Shown here in pieces: positions 25,233 to 38,912 of a stretch of 64,000 nucleotides of DNA. The notes beneath the pieces were generated by a model. It made no database searches and was not told where the DNA came from. It worked only from the letters and a program-made list of their open reading frames with translations. Position 1 is the first letter of the stretch; each line of letters starts with the position of its first letter. This stretch comes from Octopus sinensis (Eukaryota). Where the stretch lies: NCBI RefSeq assembly GCF_006345805.1, contig NC_043003.1, forward strand, positions 115,630,001 to 115,694,000, written 5' to 3'. The position numbers and the translations under genes were made by a program.

Positions 25233-25664
25233 GGATCTTTTCGGCTTGAACGGCAGTTTTCTAGCGGTGTCATATGAAATTGTCACCTATAATTATGACC
25301 CTAATATCGATCTATTGCATTTCAATCTGTTTTAGGGTTAGGGTTAGGGTCAGTTAGGGTTAGGATTAGGGTTAAGGTATCTTTTTTTCGTCAAAAATGT
25401 AAATAAACCCAATCTGTTTCTTAAACGAGGGACATATTCATACGGCACAGAATGTTTTTTCTACCTCAATGGACGTAATTGATTGGTTGAAATTACAGAA
25501 ATTGAAGAAAAAAACCCAACAAATATCTTACAAACTATAGAATTTTCTCAATAAAGCCAAGAGCAAAAGATGTTTTATAAACACATTCTACTAGTATCCG
25601 AAGTTAAAATTTTTTTGCCACCTAGAAATTATGTTAAAAACAGCCGTTCAAACCGAAAAGATCC
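25233..25664 (+). mobile_element. Merlin-like MITE (uninterrupted copy)
   Basis: Same TIRs and body as 9804; internal TTAGGG array at 25332-25377; flanked by an 18-bp duplication. Confidence 0.8.
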
Positions 25665-25749
25665 CACTCGAGGAATATATTTAAATCCTACATGCTTATT
25701 GTACAGCAGTACTTGTACTTGTCACTAAAACAGCTGCACCGTTTACTAC

Positions 25750-25850
25750 GCGGCGAAGTGATCGTAGGACATCGCAACATGAAATGTTTTGCTCATGAAC
25801 CCAACGCACAACCAGGTCTAAGAACTGAAACCACAATCAAGGCTTTGGTT
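25750..25850 (-). mobile_element. Degenerate tRNA-derived SINE fragment
   Basis: Minus strand resembles a SINE head and core (GTTTCAGTTCTTAGACCTGG...GAGCAAAACATTTCATGTTG). Confidence 0.35.
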
Positions 25851-26432
25851 GCTTCAGGAATCTTGAGCGTGAAGCTGAACTTCTGAGACCTCGTCCAAAG
25901 CCCGTTGATGGAAATGTTTGTCAGTTCTTTAAAGTAGTGTACCGATCGAATTCTGGTGTCGATATAAATCCTCACATTCGACATCCTGTGTTTATATCAG
26001 AAGAAATTATTGATGTAATGGTGTCTGTGCAAAAATTCCTAGGGCGGTATTTCGTGACATAATTTTATGTTCTGAATTGAAGAATCTATCACGTGATATT
26101 CGAAGATGAAATAATAACTATCGTTATATAAACCCTGGATCTCTCCATAATTAAGAGTCTCGAATAATGTGGTTTGTGGAGATTTGCTTTCATTTCCTCC
26201 ACAGCAGGCACTCTATAATTCGATTTCTTTTTATACCATCTCACTCCAGAGCTGCACGAAAAGAAATTTTGTACGTTTCCTTGCGGATATATTTAGAATG
26301 TTTTTAGAAGTTTGTGGGTTTGGAAGCTTAGACAGCATTTTGTTTTGATATGTTTTCCATGTTTGGTTCCACCAACCTATCTCTATCCGATTTCCCTCCC
26401 CCTCCTCCTCCTACTACTACTACAACTGCACC

Positions 26433-26483
<51 letters not shown>

Positions 26484-26531
26484 TAATAATAATAATAATA
26501 TGTGTATATATATATTATCATTATCATCATC

Positions 26532-26569
<38 letters not shown>

Positions 26570-27102
26570 TATTATTATTGTTGTTGTTGTTGTTGTTGTT
26601 GTTGTTTGTTTGTATCAGTAATTACAAAAAGAACAGGCTGAACTGCTTCTTTTCAAGGCAGCACTCTCGGTAGTCAGAGGCCACTGTTAGTAGTAAACAC
26701 ATTTGACCTCTAACTGACCCAAAGAGTGCGAAGATCCCTTTGTCTCTATCGCTCACCTCCCTACCAGCTACCGAATCTATTTATGGACCTGTGGCATAGG
26801 ATCTATTCAACAAACTGCTACCTAACTAGTTCCTCAATCAATGGTAGTGCTGGTGATGGCGATAATGATGAAAATAAAAATAATAATATGCTGCAGCGAC
26901 TAATACTAAATACCACTAACACTTCAATAATACTACAACTACTACTCTTATGATAGCCCAGGAATCTGAGGCCCAACTACCACCCTGACAACTACACCCA
27001 CCCACGTTACTGTTGCTGCAACAACTGCTGCTACTACACATGAAAGTAATAATAGCAATGATATTGGTGATGATGATGGTGATGATGATGATGATGATGA
27101 TG

Positions 27103-27153
<51 letters not shown>

Positions 27154-27197
27154 GTAATAATAATAATAATAATAGTAATAATAATAATAATAATAAT

Positions 27198-27965
27198 GAA
27201 AAGAAACGGGTGGAGCCTCGTCTCTCTCCTCATGAGCAGATTAATGATACATCTAGTGATGGTGTCACAATAAAAACACCGGTAATTACGCAACCTGATA
27301 ATCGCAGCCTCATTTGAGTAACAATGAAAAAAACAAAATATTGTGAATAATGGTGGTGGTAATGAAACTGAAGCCGATGATGGTGACAGTGTTACACCCG
27401 GTTGGCTCAGAGATTCTGGTCCGGCTCCAGCCAGTCGATATCCGGAAAGGGACGACCACACACGGCGTAGATGGAGCAAGCAAATTAATGCTGTGGTCAT
27501 GGAGTGTTACTACCTGAGCAACCCGGTAGATGAACATCGTGCTCAAATTTCGGGTTAACGACTGCGTATGTATGATAGGAGAGAAAAGGGATTGTTTCAA
27601 TTCACGGAATAGAGACTCAAGATAGGGCAATAGGAAAAAATTGTTGGTTCACAGACGTAGAGCTCGAAGACGGGTCATGGAAAATAGCAGCAGAGATGAC
27701 AATGAAAATACAGATCTTACTAATGAGAGTAATCTCATAGAACCGGAAAGGAGCAGTGGTAGATTACTTGATAATCTAAGAGAAGACAATTAAAAACTAA
27801 TGGTGACATGACAGATTAACAAAAGGCAATCTACGACAGAATAAAGGCAAGACTACAGGAGAACGATTGCGCCATTATTTCCAACCTTAGAAAGGTCGAT
27901 CGATGGAAATTGTACCAAGAAACGAAAAATGTCAATGAAATTCTGAAATACAGAAAGATGCTAAT
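27198..27965 (+). mobile_element. R4/Dong-clade non-LTR element, 5'/N-terminal remnant
   Basis: RRRWSKQINAVVMECYYLSNP, ..WFTDVELE and LRKVDRWKL.QETKNVNEILKY match the R4/Dong N-terminal pattern; begins directly after (AAT)n. Confidence 0.65.
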
Positions 27966-27993
27966 GAAAATCATGATGATGATGATGATGATG

Positions 27994-28051
<58 letters not shown>

Positions 28052-28073
28052 TAATTATTATTATTATCATTAT

Positions 28074-28628
28074 TGAGTGAGAGAGCAGTTCATGCCATCA
28101 AAGTAACACTGGGGTAAAATATACGAAGCCCAATATACCCATCATGACTACCCGTCTGATAAGGGCACACCAGGCACATGCATCACAACCATATGTGCGC
28201 GACATGGTGATCTCATATCAAGATAAACAGCACATGACCTTGCAGGTGGGGCCCAGTTAGAATTTTCTTCAGGTTGAGTAGCCCATCCCGCTCAAACGGT
28301 CCCTGAATAAGGGTTGTTTAAGGATGTTGAAAGAACCACCCATGTTTCCAGAGGTGAATTATTCAAACCCCAAAGAATCCCTCTCAACACATGGCTATGA
28401 TGCTCCCCCACTACTTCTGCTCATGATCAGAGATGCACATATCGTCAGCCACTAAGGGACATGCTCAACTGGTTAAGGTCAAACAACTGACAAGCAAATC
28501 TGTGGTATTTAGCAGAATATTTGCTGCAGCCCATCTTTTATACCAAGACAAAACAATGTACATGATAACACTTCCAATCAGTTAAGATCAGAAGCCATGA
28601 GAGCCATTGCCTGGTACTGCATCAGGGC

Positions 28629-28631
<3 letters not shown>
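28074..28631. repeat. Unclassified interspersed repeat D (~560 bp), embedded in (AAT/ATT)n
   Basis: Second copy of 980-1378 with ~160 extra bp; microsatellite on both sides. Confidence 0.8.
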
Positions 28632-28697
<66 letters not shown>

Positions 28698-29281
28698 GGT
28701 ATGTTAACTCCTTTATTAGGGTTCATTGCTATATCCAAGTCTTTATCTTGGTTATTTTTCTTCCAGATTTTATATGTATATGTTGTGGTGTTTTCGCTCC
28801 ATGGGTAGGGCACTGCTGTAAAATAAGCGTGTAGGATACGAAATATATTCCTCACGTGTCCATTTATGCTTTTTAAAAAATTTTATTTGGTTTTGAACGT
28901 ATAGTTTTTCGTACTTTTTGTGTTACAAGTTTAAAGTTCGTATTTCCAGATAGTTACTCTTGGGTTGAATAATCCAGGTATTATTTAATTTATTGTTATT
29001 GTTTTGTGCAGAGATGGTCTGGTTTTGATTGGATCGTAAAATGGCGAGCGTGTTTACACGTGCTGTGCGAGCAATAGAGATGATGCACAGTTAAAATACA
29101 TAATTTCATTTGGAATATAGACATAAATTTCATTGTGTATTAATTACTCGGATATAGTCAACACTTTGTCAGTTATTTTGCGCTCTATGTGATGTCTTTA
29201 TTCCCGATGTTTTTGGATAGATTTCGGAGCAGTGTTTGTCACTCTCACATGTTAAACGTCCCCGGTGTTGTTGTTGTTGTG

Positions 29282-29357
<76 letters not shown>

Positions 29358-29878
29358 GTGGTAGATTATCATAAGCATTTTTATAGTCTATTTAGGCTAG
29401 CAACAAGATTTTTGTGCCACTTGTGACAATCTTCCAAGATCATCTTATTGATGAGTAGCTGATCTTTACAAATATAGGACCCACGTTTCTATTAAAAAAA
29501 CTATAGGTATATTCAGTCAAGACAGATGTTAGCATTTTATACCTTGTAGTTGAGCAAGTTATGGGTTTCAGGTAGGTGTCCAGGCCATGTTTTGGGTTCA
29601 TTTGTCTCTTCATTTTTTTTTGGAAGTAGGAATGTTACACCATTAACTAGCCAAGACGGAAACATACAAGGTTGTTGCAAAACATTGTTGTAAAGTTCTG
29701 TTAACAGTTCATGGCTCTCTGGGAAGGCATTCAACCAGAAGTTAGGTATGTTATCCGTTCCTGGAGACTACCATTTGCTTGACGTTCTGAGAGCCATACT
29801 TACATCCTCTACCTTGATATCCCCCGACTTTTGCTATTCCAAGGAGTCTAAGTCAGTACATATTCTTATTTTTCTTCT
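29358..29878 (-). mobile_element. R4/Dong-clade reverse transcriptase remnant
   Basis: SPGTDNIPNFWLNAFP..WLVNGVTFLLPK and CKDQLLINKMILEDC..KNL..YKNAYDNLPH; abuts (TAA)n and (TAG)n. Confidence 0.75.
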
Positions 29879-29879
29879 T

Positions 29880-29950
<71 letters not shown>

Positions 29951-30701
29951 TTACTACTACTACTTTTACTACTGAAGTTAGAAAAAGAAATATATATTTC
30001 AATCACTGGTATCTTAAAATATAGTGAAATGTTTCTCTGTGTAGCCGTGAGGGATACTTAAATTGATTAATGTTTAATTTTTATGTGATATTGAAGATGA
30101 CAGTTGCAATGAGAATAGATTTACCGCTTCCATTACTAAAACGGACAGAAATCCTGCAATGATAAGCTCAACTATTATGAACCTCTTATGAAATTTGTAA
30201 TCTGCAACATCCCTTTAAAAACATTAACACATCTTGACATGAATATCAACAAAAAAACATTGAAAATCAAGAATATCAATAACAGAAATAAAGTAAATAC
30301 GATCGCCAATCAGAACAACCAACAAAGTTATGCAAAATTAGCGTGCAGGAAATATTAAAAAATATGAATCGCTTATCAAAAATCATTGATGCTCCAATAT
30401 ATAAAATCCACAATAAAAAATATATCTTCATAAAACCCCTCATCCAAGCATTTGTATTACCTCCTAGAAATAACAGCCAATATGCACTATGCTCAAACTT
30501 TGTGCTCCTTAAAGGAAACAGCAGACTACATTGGAAAATATAATTCTTGATTATTTTTTTCAATTAATATGAATAAGACAACATAATTATGATTAGGAGG
30601 CTTTCATAATATCCGTGTTGAGCAGGACACATCAAGAATGTCGAAAAGGAAGACAATACCAGAACAATCGGCAGCAAAATCATCAATGTATTTAGTATAC
30701 C

Positions 30702-31088
30702 TTAGGAAGCACTCCGTCGGTTACGACGACGAGGGTTCCGGTTGATCCGATCAACGGAACAGCCTGCTCGTGAAATTAACGTGTAAGTGGCTGAGTACTC
30801 CACAGACACGTGTACCCTTAACGTAGTTCTCGGGGATATTCAGCGTGACACAGAGAGTGACAAGGCCGGCCCTTTGAAATACAGGTACAACAGAAACAGG
30901 AAGTAAGAGTGAGAGAAAGTTGTGGTGAAAGAGTACAGCAGGGATCACCACCATTCCCTGCAGGAGCCTCGTGGAGCTTTTAGGTGTTTTCGCTCAATAA
31001 ACAATCACAACGCCCGGTCTGGGAACCGAAACCGCGATCCTATGACCGCTAGTCCGCTGCCCTAACCACTGGGCCATTGCGCCTCCAC
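30702..31088 (-). mobile_element. tRNA-derived SINE family B, full length
   Basis: Head TGGAGGCGCAATGGCCCAGTGG, B-box-like GTTTCGGTTCCC; 12-bp TSD ATTTAGTATACC (30690-30701 / 31089-31100). Confidence 0.92.
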
Positions 31089-31704
31089 ATTTAGTATACC
31101 AATGCTATAAAGGAAACAGCATCGTCTTCTTGAACAGCTGCTAGAAGGTCAAAGGTAACGTAATCATGAACACCGAACCAGAAGCAATGTTAACGAACAT
31201 TTTTCGCTAATTTCAATAATCCTTATCCAATCAGGATTTCTTTAAAGAATTTTCAAAATCTTGACAACGACCTTTATGAATACCACAGTTGTCACTAGGT
31301 GTCATTTGCACTTTGCCATCTGACGTGGCTTGGTCTTTAAGTTACTTAAAAAAAACCAAAAAACTACTCAACAATTAAACGCTATTCTTGATATCGCAGT
31401 TTATTCCCATTCGCATCTTGATTCAGCGGACCAAAGGATGCAGCCTTGACATGAAGAATTCCAGCCTTGATTATTCCTGCATATGCTAAGCCAATTAAAC
31501 TCGGTACCTATATATATGAGCGATGCTTTTGTGTGACGCTTATGGGATTTCAATGAAATATGAAAGGAAAATGTCTTAATGAATATCATTGTGATATTTG
31601 TTGATAATCGGGATTAAATTTCATATATTGCAGCTTTACTTTGCAACTGGATATTTCTAGTTTAAACAACATAAAGAGAATCAGAGTATAATATGTTATT
31701 ATTT

Positions 31705-31907
31705 TACTCTCTTTTACTCTTTTACTTGTTTCAGTCATTTGACTGCGCCCATGCTGGGGCACCGCCTTTAGTCGAGCAAACAGACCCCAGGACTTATTCA
31801 TTGTAAGCCTAGTACTTATTCTATCGGGCTCCTTTTACCAAACCTCTAAGTTAAGGGGACTGCATCGGTTGTCAAGCGATGTTGGGGGGACAAACATAGA
31901 CACACAA

Positions 31908-31950
<43 letters not shown>

Positions 31951-32122
31951 CATATATACGACGGGCTTCTTTCAGTTTCCGTCTACGAAATCCACTCACA
32001 AGGCTTTGGTCGGCCCGAGGCTATAGTAGAAGATACTTGCCCAAGGTGCCACGCAGTGGGACTGAACCCGGAACCATGTGGTTGGTAAGCAAGCAACTTA
32101 CCACACAGCCACTCCTTCGCCT
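31705..32122 (-). mobile_element. SINE family A
   Basis: Colinear with other A copies. Confidence 0.9.
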
Positions 32123-33316
32123 AGTTTATTTAATATTATTTCTAAAACAGTTAATGTGTACTTTCAATGTTCTGTAAAATTAGGAAGAGAGTGTAAATTC
32201 ACAAATTAAAATATGCTCTCAATTTAACCTGGAGGAGAAATTAATCAAGTTTTGTTTGCGATTTTGTTAAACCTTGATGCATTCTATGTAATATTACACA
32301 AATACTTCTCATAGAAAAATAGGTAGAAATCAATAGAAAACTTGTTTTAGGGGAAATAAATAGAATTTTGTGTCTCTGTGTTCATTTCCATATTCTTTTC
32401 GTTGCACTGAGCAAAATTAGATATTTAAGGGTGGTTATATAGGTATAGATATTCTGGATTCTTTGCATAAAATGTTTACAAACTGTAATGGCTCGTGTTT
32501 AGAGGGAGGGAGGGCTTATTGTTAATTGTAATATGACCGAGTATGTGCTAGAGAAACTGAGGAAGGGGTCTGCCGAAGTCCGGCAGCGTATAAATTTAAC
32601 ATTCACCGTCCACACATAAAGTTGTTTCTCCATGTAATCTATGTAAATTTATATCTAAATATTTGCAACTTTTGGCTTACTCTAAGCAACATGACAGGCT
32701 ATTCGAATTTAATATACATCACCTAGACTCCATTTAGAGTATTGTTCATAACATAAGAAAAAGTATTCTTTGTTTCTAAACGTGGCAGTCTTTATTACGA
32801 TTAATTTCCCTTCGATATACGACATAAATATAATTTTTTCCCTGTGAGAGTATTGCGATTCGTTGAGTTAAGAAAGTTTAAATGAATGTTTCAAAGTCTC
32901 TTTCGGCAACGTTTAAGTTTTATGTCAAGGAGCTTCTATGAATTTCAAAACCTCATAAAGCATTAGCCAATCACTTTTATGTGTGTATTTGCTTATTTGC
33001 CAAATAACCTCCGTTGCACCTCTTTCAAAAGTTTAATTCCAGTTGATTATCGGCAGGGGAACACGGAATAACAATCCCTGAATATTTTTTTTCAGCTACA
33101 TCCTACTCTCTGCTTCGTATTACAACACCGTGTCTTTGTTTTGCACCTGTCTACTTTGTCTGGCTCTTATCCACCTGGACAGGTAAGAGTGAGCTTCATT
33201 GTCTCCATTTCATATAACCTGTATATCAAAAAAATGAGCTTCATATTTTAAATCGGTCGGTGGAAATTTGTCGTTTGATACAGACTGTACATGTTCATAG
33301 CAGCGGCTTACGCGTG

Positions 33317-33577
33317 TATGGGCCCGGGAACAGGGGGTGCAGGTGGTGCAAGTTCACCCCCTAGAATTTTTGCGGAGTGCAGAACCAAAATTTGCAGCCC
33401 TACTTATTTTCCTCGGGTTTAGAAAACGGTAAATAAAAGGTGATGTGTAAAAAGTAGCTTGAAGCTAGGTTGCTTCTCAAAGAACAAAACACAAAAATAA
33501 CAAAAAAAGACCTTGTTTGTAAATATATTTGGACCTGGGTTTGCACCCCCTAAGCAGATTACATTCCCGAGCCAGTG
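33317..33577. mobile_element. hAT-like MITE
   Basis: Degenerate TIRs TATGGGCCCGGGAAC / ATTCCCGAGCCAGTG, subterminal GGGGGTGCA / TGCACCCCC, 8-bp TSD TACGCGTG/TACACGTG. Confidence 0.65.
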
Positions 33578-33779
33578 TACACGTGTCTAAAAGTTTCGAT
33601 CCCTTACTGGGTTTATATCGATTAAGATACACACCGATATCTCCTTCATCGTTTAAGTCAATGCCCTAATCACTAAAGACGTTGCATTTTCCTTGTGGTG
33701 TGACTGTAATAAATGTATCGCAAGAGAAAAATAGAACATCTCATCAATAATGCTTTCATTCAATACAAATATTTAAGAC

Positions 33780-33908
33780 TGCGAGCAAGCGGGACCGTTA
33801 ACACGCCGGGCAAAATGCTTGGTTGAATATCATTGGTCTTTACGTTCTGAATTTGCATTCCGTTGAAGTCAATATCGCCTTTGGTCCTTTCGGGGCTGAG
33901 AAAATAGG
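33780..33908 (+). mobile_element. Degenerate SINE family C
   Basis: ACACGCCGGGCAAAATGCTT...GCCTTTGGTCCTTTCGGGG matches the C consensus. Confidence 0.55.
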
Positions 33909-34937
33909 CCGAAGCTGAGCAATTGAACAACACCTACCCATGAAATTGCTGGAATGCGTCAAAATCTGAAACCAATATTACAGATATTGTAAGTTATCAA
34001 TAGATAAGACCTACATGAAGCAGGGTTGGGATGTTACTCTCTTATTGTTGATTGCAGCAATGATATTAGTAAGCTTTATAATAATTGATAAGATGGACTT
34101 TCAAAGGTTTAGAAGCGCAACAATTTAAATGTTTTCACATGTAATTGGTTTCAGGACGTAAGAAAAAAATCTTCGAAATGTATTCATATGATTTATTCTG
34201 TTACACTATCATGGGCGCCATCGACAATAAAACGAGAATAAGAGAGACAGAGAGAGAGGGAAGGTGAGAGACAAAGGGAGAAAGAGAAAGGGAGTGAGAG
34301 AGAGAGGAAGAGAAAGAGAGAGAAAAGAGGAAATGAAACTGCGTGTTAAGCAGTGATCCATTTCGATATGTTCGTTACACAGTCCTGGCTATGTTGATCG
34401 AAAATATCCTTCTGAGATCAGATACACCCATAAAAGATCACACATGTTGAAATAAGATCATTTGAGATTGATTTTCTTCAGTGCTTGGATTAAAGATTTT
34501 TGCCTCAACCAGAGTAAACTGGATGAGGCATACACACAGCTCCAGACATACCCAGACAATTTTCATAATTACCAACCAGCAATATTGATTACAACTATAT
34601 ATTTTACAACACAAAATTCCTGGCGAAATCGAAACGCAAGAAAATTGGATTTAAAAAAAAAAAAGGAAAACTGCAGAGAATCGACAACTCATACGAAAAT
34701 GATCAATGAATAAAAATTAAGTCATTCATATATCAAAATATTCGAATTCTTTTTTTTTTTTATTTGTGGCGTGTCTTATGGTGAGTTGAGATATATTACT
34801 ACTACTAGTAAATGGTTCAGTTGATGACTTATATAACCTTAGGACTTTCAAAGCTGTCGATATTTTGTAAGTATGTACATATATGTGTGCGTGTCTGTAT
34901 ATCAGAGTGTATGCACGAAAAGGTACTTACACGTAAG

Positions 34938-34989
<52 letters not shown>

Positions 34990-35109
34990 AGTATAGTCAC
35001 TGTGATCCGTGTGTAGGAGAGGTGCAGCCAGAGGGTAAGTATCCGTAGAGGTAAAGTATCCGTAAAGGTAAAAGTCTTGTGGAGAAAAGTTCGTAGTGGT
35101 AGAGAAGAT

Positions 35110-35145
<36 letters not shown>

Positions 35146-36475
35146 AAAATAATATTCGTGTAACATCGTCCGTTTTTCCGTCCTAGTTTCGTATACACTC
35201 GATCCTTTTTTCCAAGGAATCTAATGCTCTTAGCTTAGTTTTTCCTTGGGGCTGGCCAGATTGGAGCAATTTCAAGATTAATCAGCCGAAATTGCGAGAA
35301 TGATCCGGTTCTTGACTGAAAATGAAAGGCTTCGTATGACCGTCCTTGTTTTTTGTATCGTTTATCAAGGTGTTTTGCGTTCTTGTCTCATTTTGTATAT
35401 ATGTATATATATAGCGGCATACGTACACTTTGTTCTCCTATATATATACATAAGCGCACATGTATGTGGTTGCGGAAGTGTCGTCTGTACATAATTTACG
35501 TATATATAATAGTTATATAATAATCTAACTGCATTAAATACTTCAATGCACTGCAAAATATAAAAGGCGGCTCTAAAGTCAGGGTATTATATTTATGTAC
35601 ATACATATAGTGTTATGTACATAACGATGGTGGTATACGTCATATAGTAGGATAGTTCTATATTTAATTAATGTTATAAAGTTGCCACAAAAAGGTGAAC
35701 ATTTTTGCAGAGACGTATGTATACTGTGTGCGTGTGTGTGTGGAGGGGGTGGCCTGTAAGGTTGTACAGTTGTATCTAGATGTATATACAAGTAGCACCC
35801 TTAGGATAAGGACATTTTTCTTTCATAAGGTTCCTCATTTCTCAGATGTAGCATGTCAGAAGCCATACTGTGATAAGTAATTTCCACTGTTCTTTGGTTT
35901 TCTCTCGTATAAATTGTGTATTGTTTTCAAGTTGTTGCTTTTTTCCCACTCCTGCGTCTTTGGTTAATATTTAGAATTTTCTGAATGTCAGCAACACTTT
36001 TATTATTTGGCTTCTAGTGGGAATGCTATATGATAGATGCATATAGTTGCGAGGAGAAGACAGTTTTGGATTGCTTTTACGCACATATTTATATTATTTC
36101 GGCATGTTCTTGGCATTTACTTGCATTTTCTACTTTCAGATAACTTTTCCTTCCCGGTGTTTCCTTTAACTCGTATGTCTATGAATGTTATGGCTATTTG
36201 TATATACGTTTGTGACATCCATACGTAGGTGAAACAACGATAGAACACTAAAAACCCTTTATGCAAAATGACTTCCTAGTCACCTCTGTGATGGATTCAA
36301 TCCATCAAATCTAGAACGATATAATCAATGTCTGTCTATTTTATAAATTGGATAAATAAATAAACGACCGCAGATTGAAATATTCCGTGTTACGTTGCCC
36401 ACTTATATTGCGCATTCGAGACCCAAAATGTGGATCCTGCTTTTGTAAAGACTGCAAGAAAATGAATAGGAGTAA

Positions 36476-36678
36476 TTCTTCTTCTTCTTCTTCTTCTTCT
36501 TCTTCTTCTTCTTCTTCTTCTTCTTCTTCTTCTTCTTCTTCTTCTTCTTCTTCTTCTTCTTCTTCTTCTTCTTCTTCTTCTTCTTCTTCTTCTCTTCTTC
36601 TTCTTCTTCTTCTTCTTCTTCTTCTTCTTCTTCTTCTTCTTCTTCTTCTTCTTCTTCTTCTTCTTCTTCTTCTTCTTC
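36476..36678. repeat. (CTT)n tract, ~67 units, one 1-bp deletion near 36593
   Basis: Direct reading. Confidence 0.97.
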
Positions 36679-36855
36679 ACAACGACCTCGAACCCACAAG
36701 TGTCAACAAGACAGAGAGAGAGACAGGCAGAAACAAGGAAAAATGCCACTTGCTTTTGAAAAACTATACAAATACTCTTTTAAAAAATACTTTTCTTTTA
36801 ATTTTTCAAAATTTAATTATTTTCCATACTTACACTTGAAAAAGCCTCAATTACT

Positions 36856-36995
36856 GAAACCGGTACTGAATTGTTCTTTATAAAATTATTTTCGCATTTT
36901 CTATCTTGTCTGTGGCTTTGTGCTCGCCGGTGAAATATAACTATCGTACTGCATTACCTCTGCATATACTTGTTGGTTATTTTGCTCCTAATCAC
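36856..36995 (+). repeat. Penelope-type terminal cassette remnant related to 17270-17330
   Basis: Shares ATCGTACTGCATTACCTCTG..TTGTTG.TTATTTTG..TAATCACC with the minus-strand 17.3-kb copy; also GAAACCGGTA at 36856. Confidence 0.45.
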
Positions 36996-37029
36996 CATAT
37001 ATATATATATACTTACTTTACTTACTTTT

Positions 37030-37422
37030 TTACTTTTTTTAATTGTTTCAGTCATTTGACTGCGGCCATGCTGGCACACCGCCTTTAGACGAGCAAATCG
37101 ACCCCAGGACTTATTCTTTGTAAGCCCAGTACTTATTCTATCGGTCTCTTTTGCCGAACCGCTAAGTTATGTGGACGTAAACACACCAGCATCAGTTGTC
37201 AAGTGATGTTGGGGGGACAAACACAGACACACAAACAAACACACACACATATATACATATTCATATAAACGACAGGCTTATTTCAGTTTCTGTCTCCCAA
37301 ATCCACTCACAAGGCTTTTGTTGGCCCGTGACTATAGTAGAAGACAGTTGCCGAAGGTGCCACGCAGCGGGACTGCACCCTGAACCATGTGGCTCGTAAG
37401 CAAGCTACTTACCACACAGCCA
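37030..37422 (-). mobile_element. SINE family A (older, 5'-clipped)
   Basis: Colinear with other A copies but more substituted. Confidence 0.85.
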
Positions 37423-38666
37423 TAGATGGATAGATACATACATACTTATTACATATGCAAACACACACACACACACACATATATGTTTAGATAGTCACAA
37501 ACATTTTGGCTTTATCATAGTTTACATTCTTTCAGTGAGGCGTCGCTTTCTTTCGTTTCACACAGTTATTAAACGTTCCTTGTAATTTTCTCCTATATTC
37601 TGAAGTATATCCATTTCGTTTGTTACTCGTTGGTAAGTTTGAAATCTTATTCATGTAGGATCTTGAGATAAAACTTGTCAGACAAATGTATAATTCAAAT
37701 GACTTTCCCGATAACAATTAGCAAAGCTGCTGTTTATCTACACATTCTTTGGGAAATATATAAATACCGTATATTCATAGATTACTTTGAGTGTAATATG
37801 ATTACAAACAAGAAATGTGGCGATGTTGAAATGCAGACTAATAATGGTATGTTACCTACATTCCCTAAAGAATAAATTATGTCAAATTCACACAGTGAAA
37901 CAATGTCTAGTGTGAAAATGAAATTTTATTAAATAAAATAATCAAGCAACATTATTTGTCAGTAAGACTCAATTTACAAGTTGATTACTGGTATAATGCA
38001 TAGATTTAAAATTGACTGGCACATTGAACAAAACAAGAATTAGTGTGAGAAGGTGTGTGTGTGAACGAAATTTCCAATTTGGTTTGACTTTAACTCTACA
38101 GTTTAGATGAGAGTTCCATATTGCACGATATATTTTATAAAATTCAAACACTGTGTCGATTAATGTTGATAGTAACCATATGGCTTGTACTTACTTTGAT
38201 TTGATGAATATGTATCTGCCAAAATCATAGAGACTATCACTTTCCTTTCTCTCTCTCTCATTCGCCCTCTCTCTCTCTCTCATTCGCCCTCTCTCTCTCT
38301 CTCTCTCTCTCAATCCTCTGCACATCTGATCTATAAGTACCATTTGGAAACTGGAGGCAAAAACTGTTTGCTTTGCAGCAAAATTTGAAACGATTCTTCC
38401 TGTAGTTGCTCTTGTTGTGATTGCTCGGTGTTGGAGGTGCTTCATTTCCGCTGGTAAAAGATTTGTTGTTTTTTATTGGAAATATCCTTGAATTTGTTTC
38501 CAAAGGCTTAGACGTTTCATTCAATAAGGACTCCTAAATTGTTTTATGAAGTGAGTGTGATTGAATCTAATTCATACAAGGCACATCTGTAACAAGAAGG
38601 AAGTTCACGAAATCGTAAAATTTTAAGGTTTTATATCATGGTTAAATAAAGAATCACGGCAGCTGT

Positions 38667-38912
38667 ATTATATGCAGTGCCAGATAAGGGAATAAATCCT
38701 CAGGTCGAGACATTGAATGGTAGCTATTCCTCTTGCCACACCTCAATCATTAGCGAATTGTTTGCCATGCTAAGTAGTGGTAGGAGACATATTATATGCA
38801 GTGCCAGATAAGGGAATAAATCCTCAGGTCGAGGCATTGAATGGTAGCTATTCCTCTTGCCACACCTCAATCATTAGCGAATTGTTTGCCATGCTTAGTA
38901 GTGGTAGGAGAC
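38667..38912. repeat. Tandem duplication, 124-bp period, 2 copies
   Basis: 38667-38788 vs 38791-38912, two substitutions seen. Confidence 0.95.

Noticed and set aside
35240-35390. Another possible hammerhead (CTGAAAATGAAAGGCTTCGTATGACC)
   Set aside because: Core and stems cannot be assigned consistently.
38667-38912. CRISPR-like repeat-spacer array
   Set aside because: Two adjacent 124-bp copies without unique spacers in eukaryotic DNA; no cas genes.
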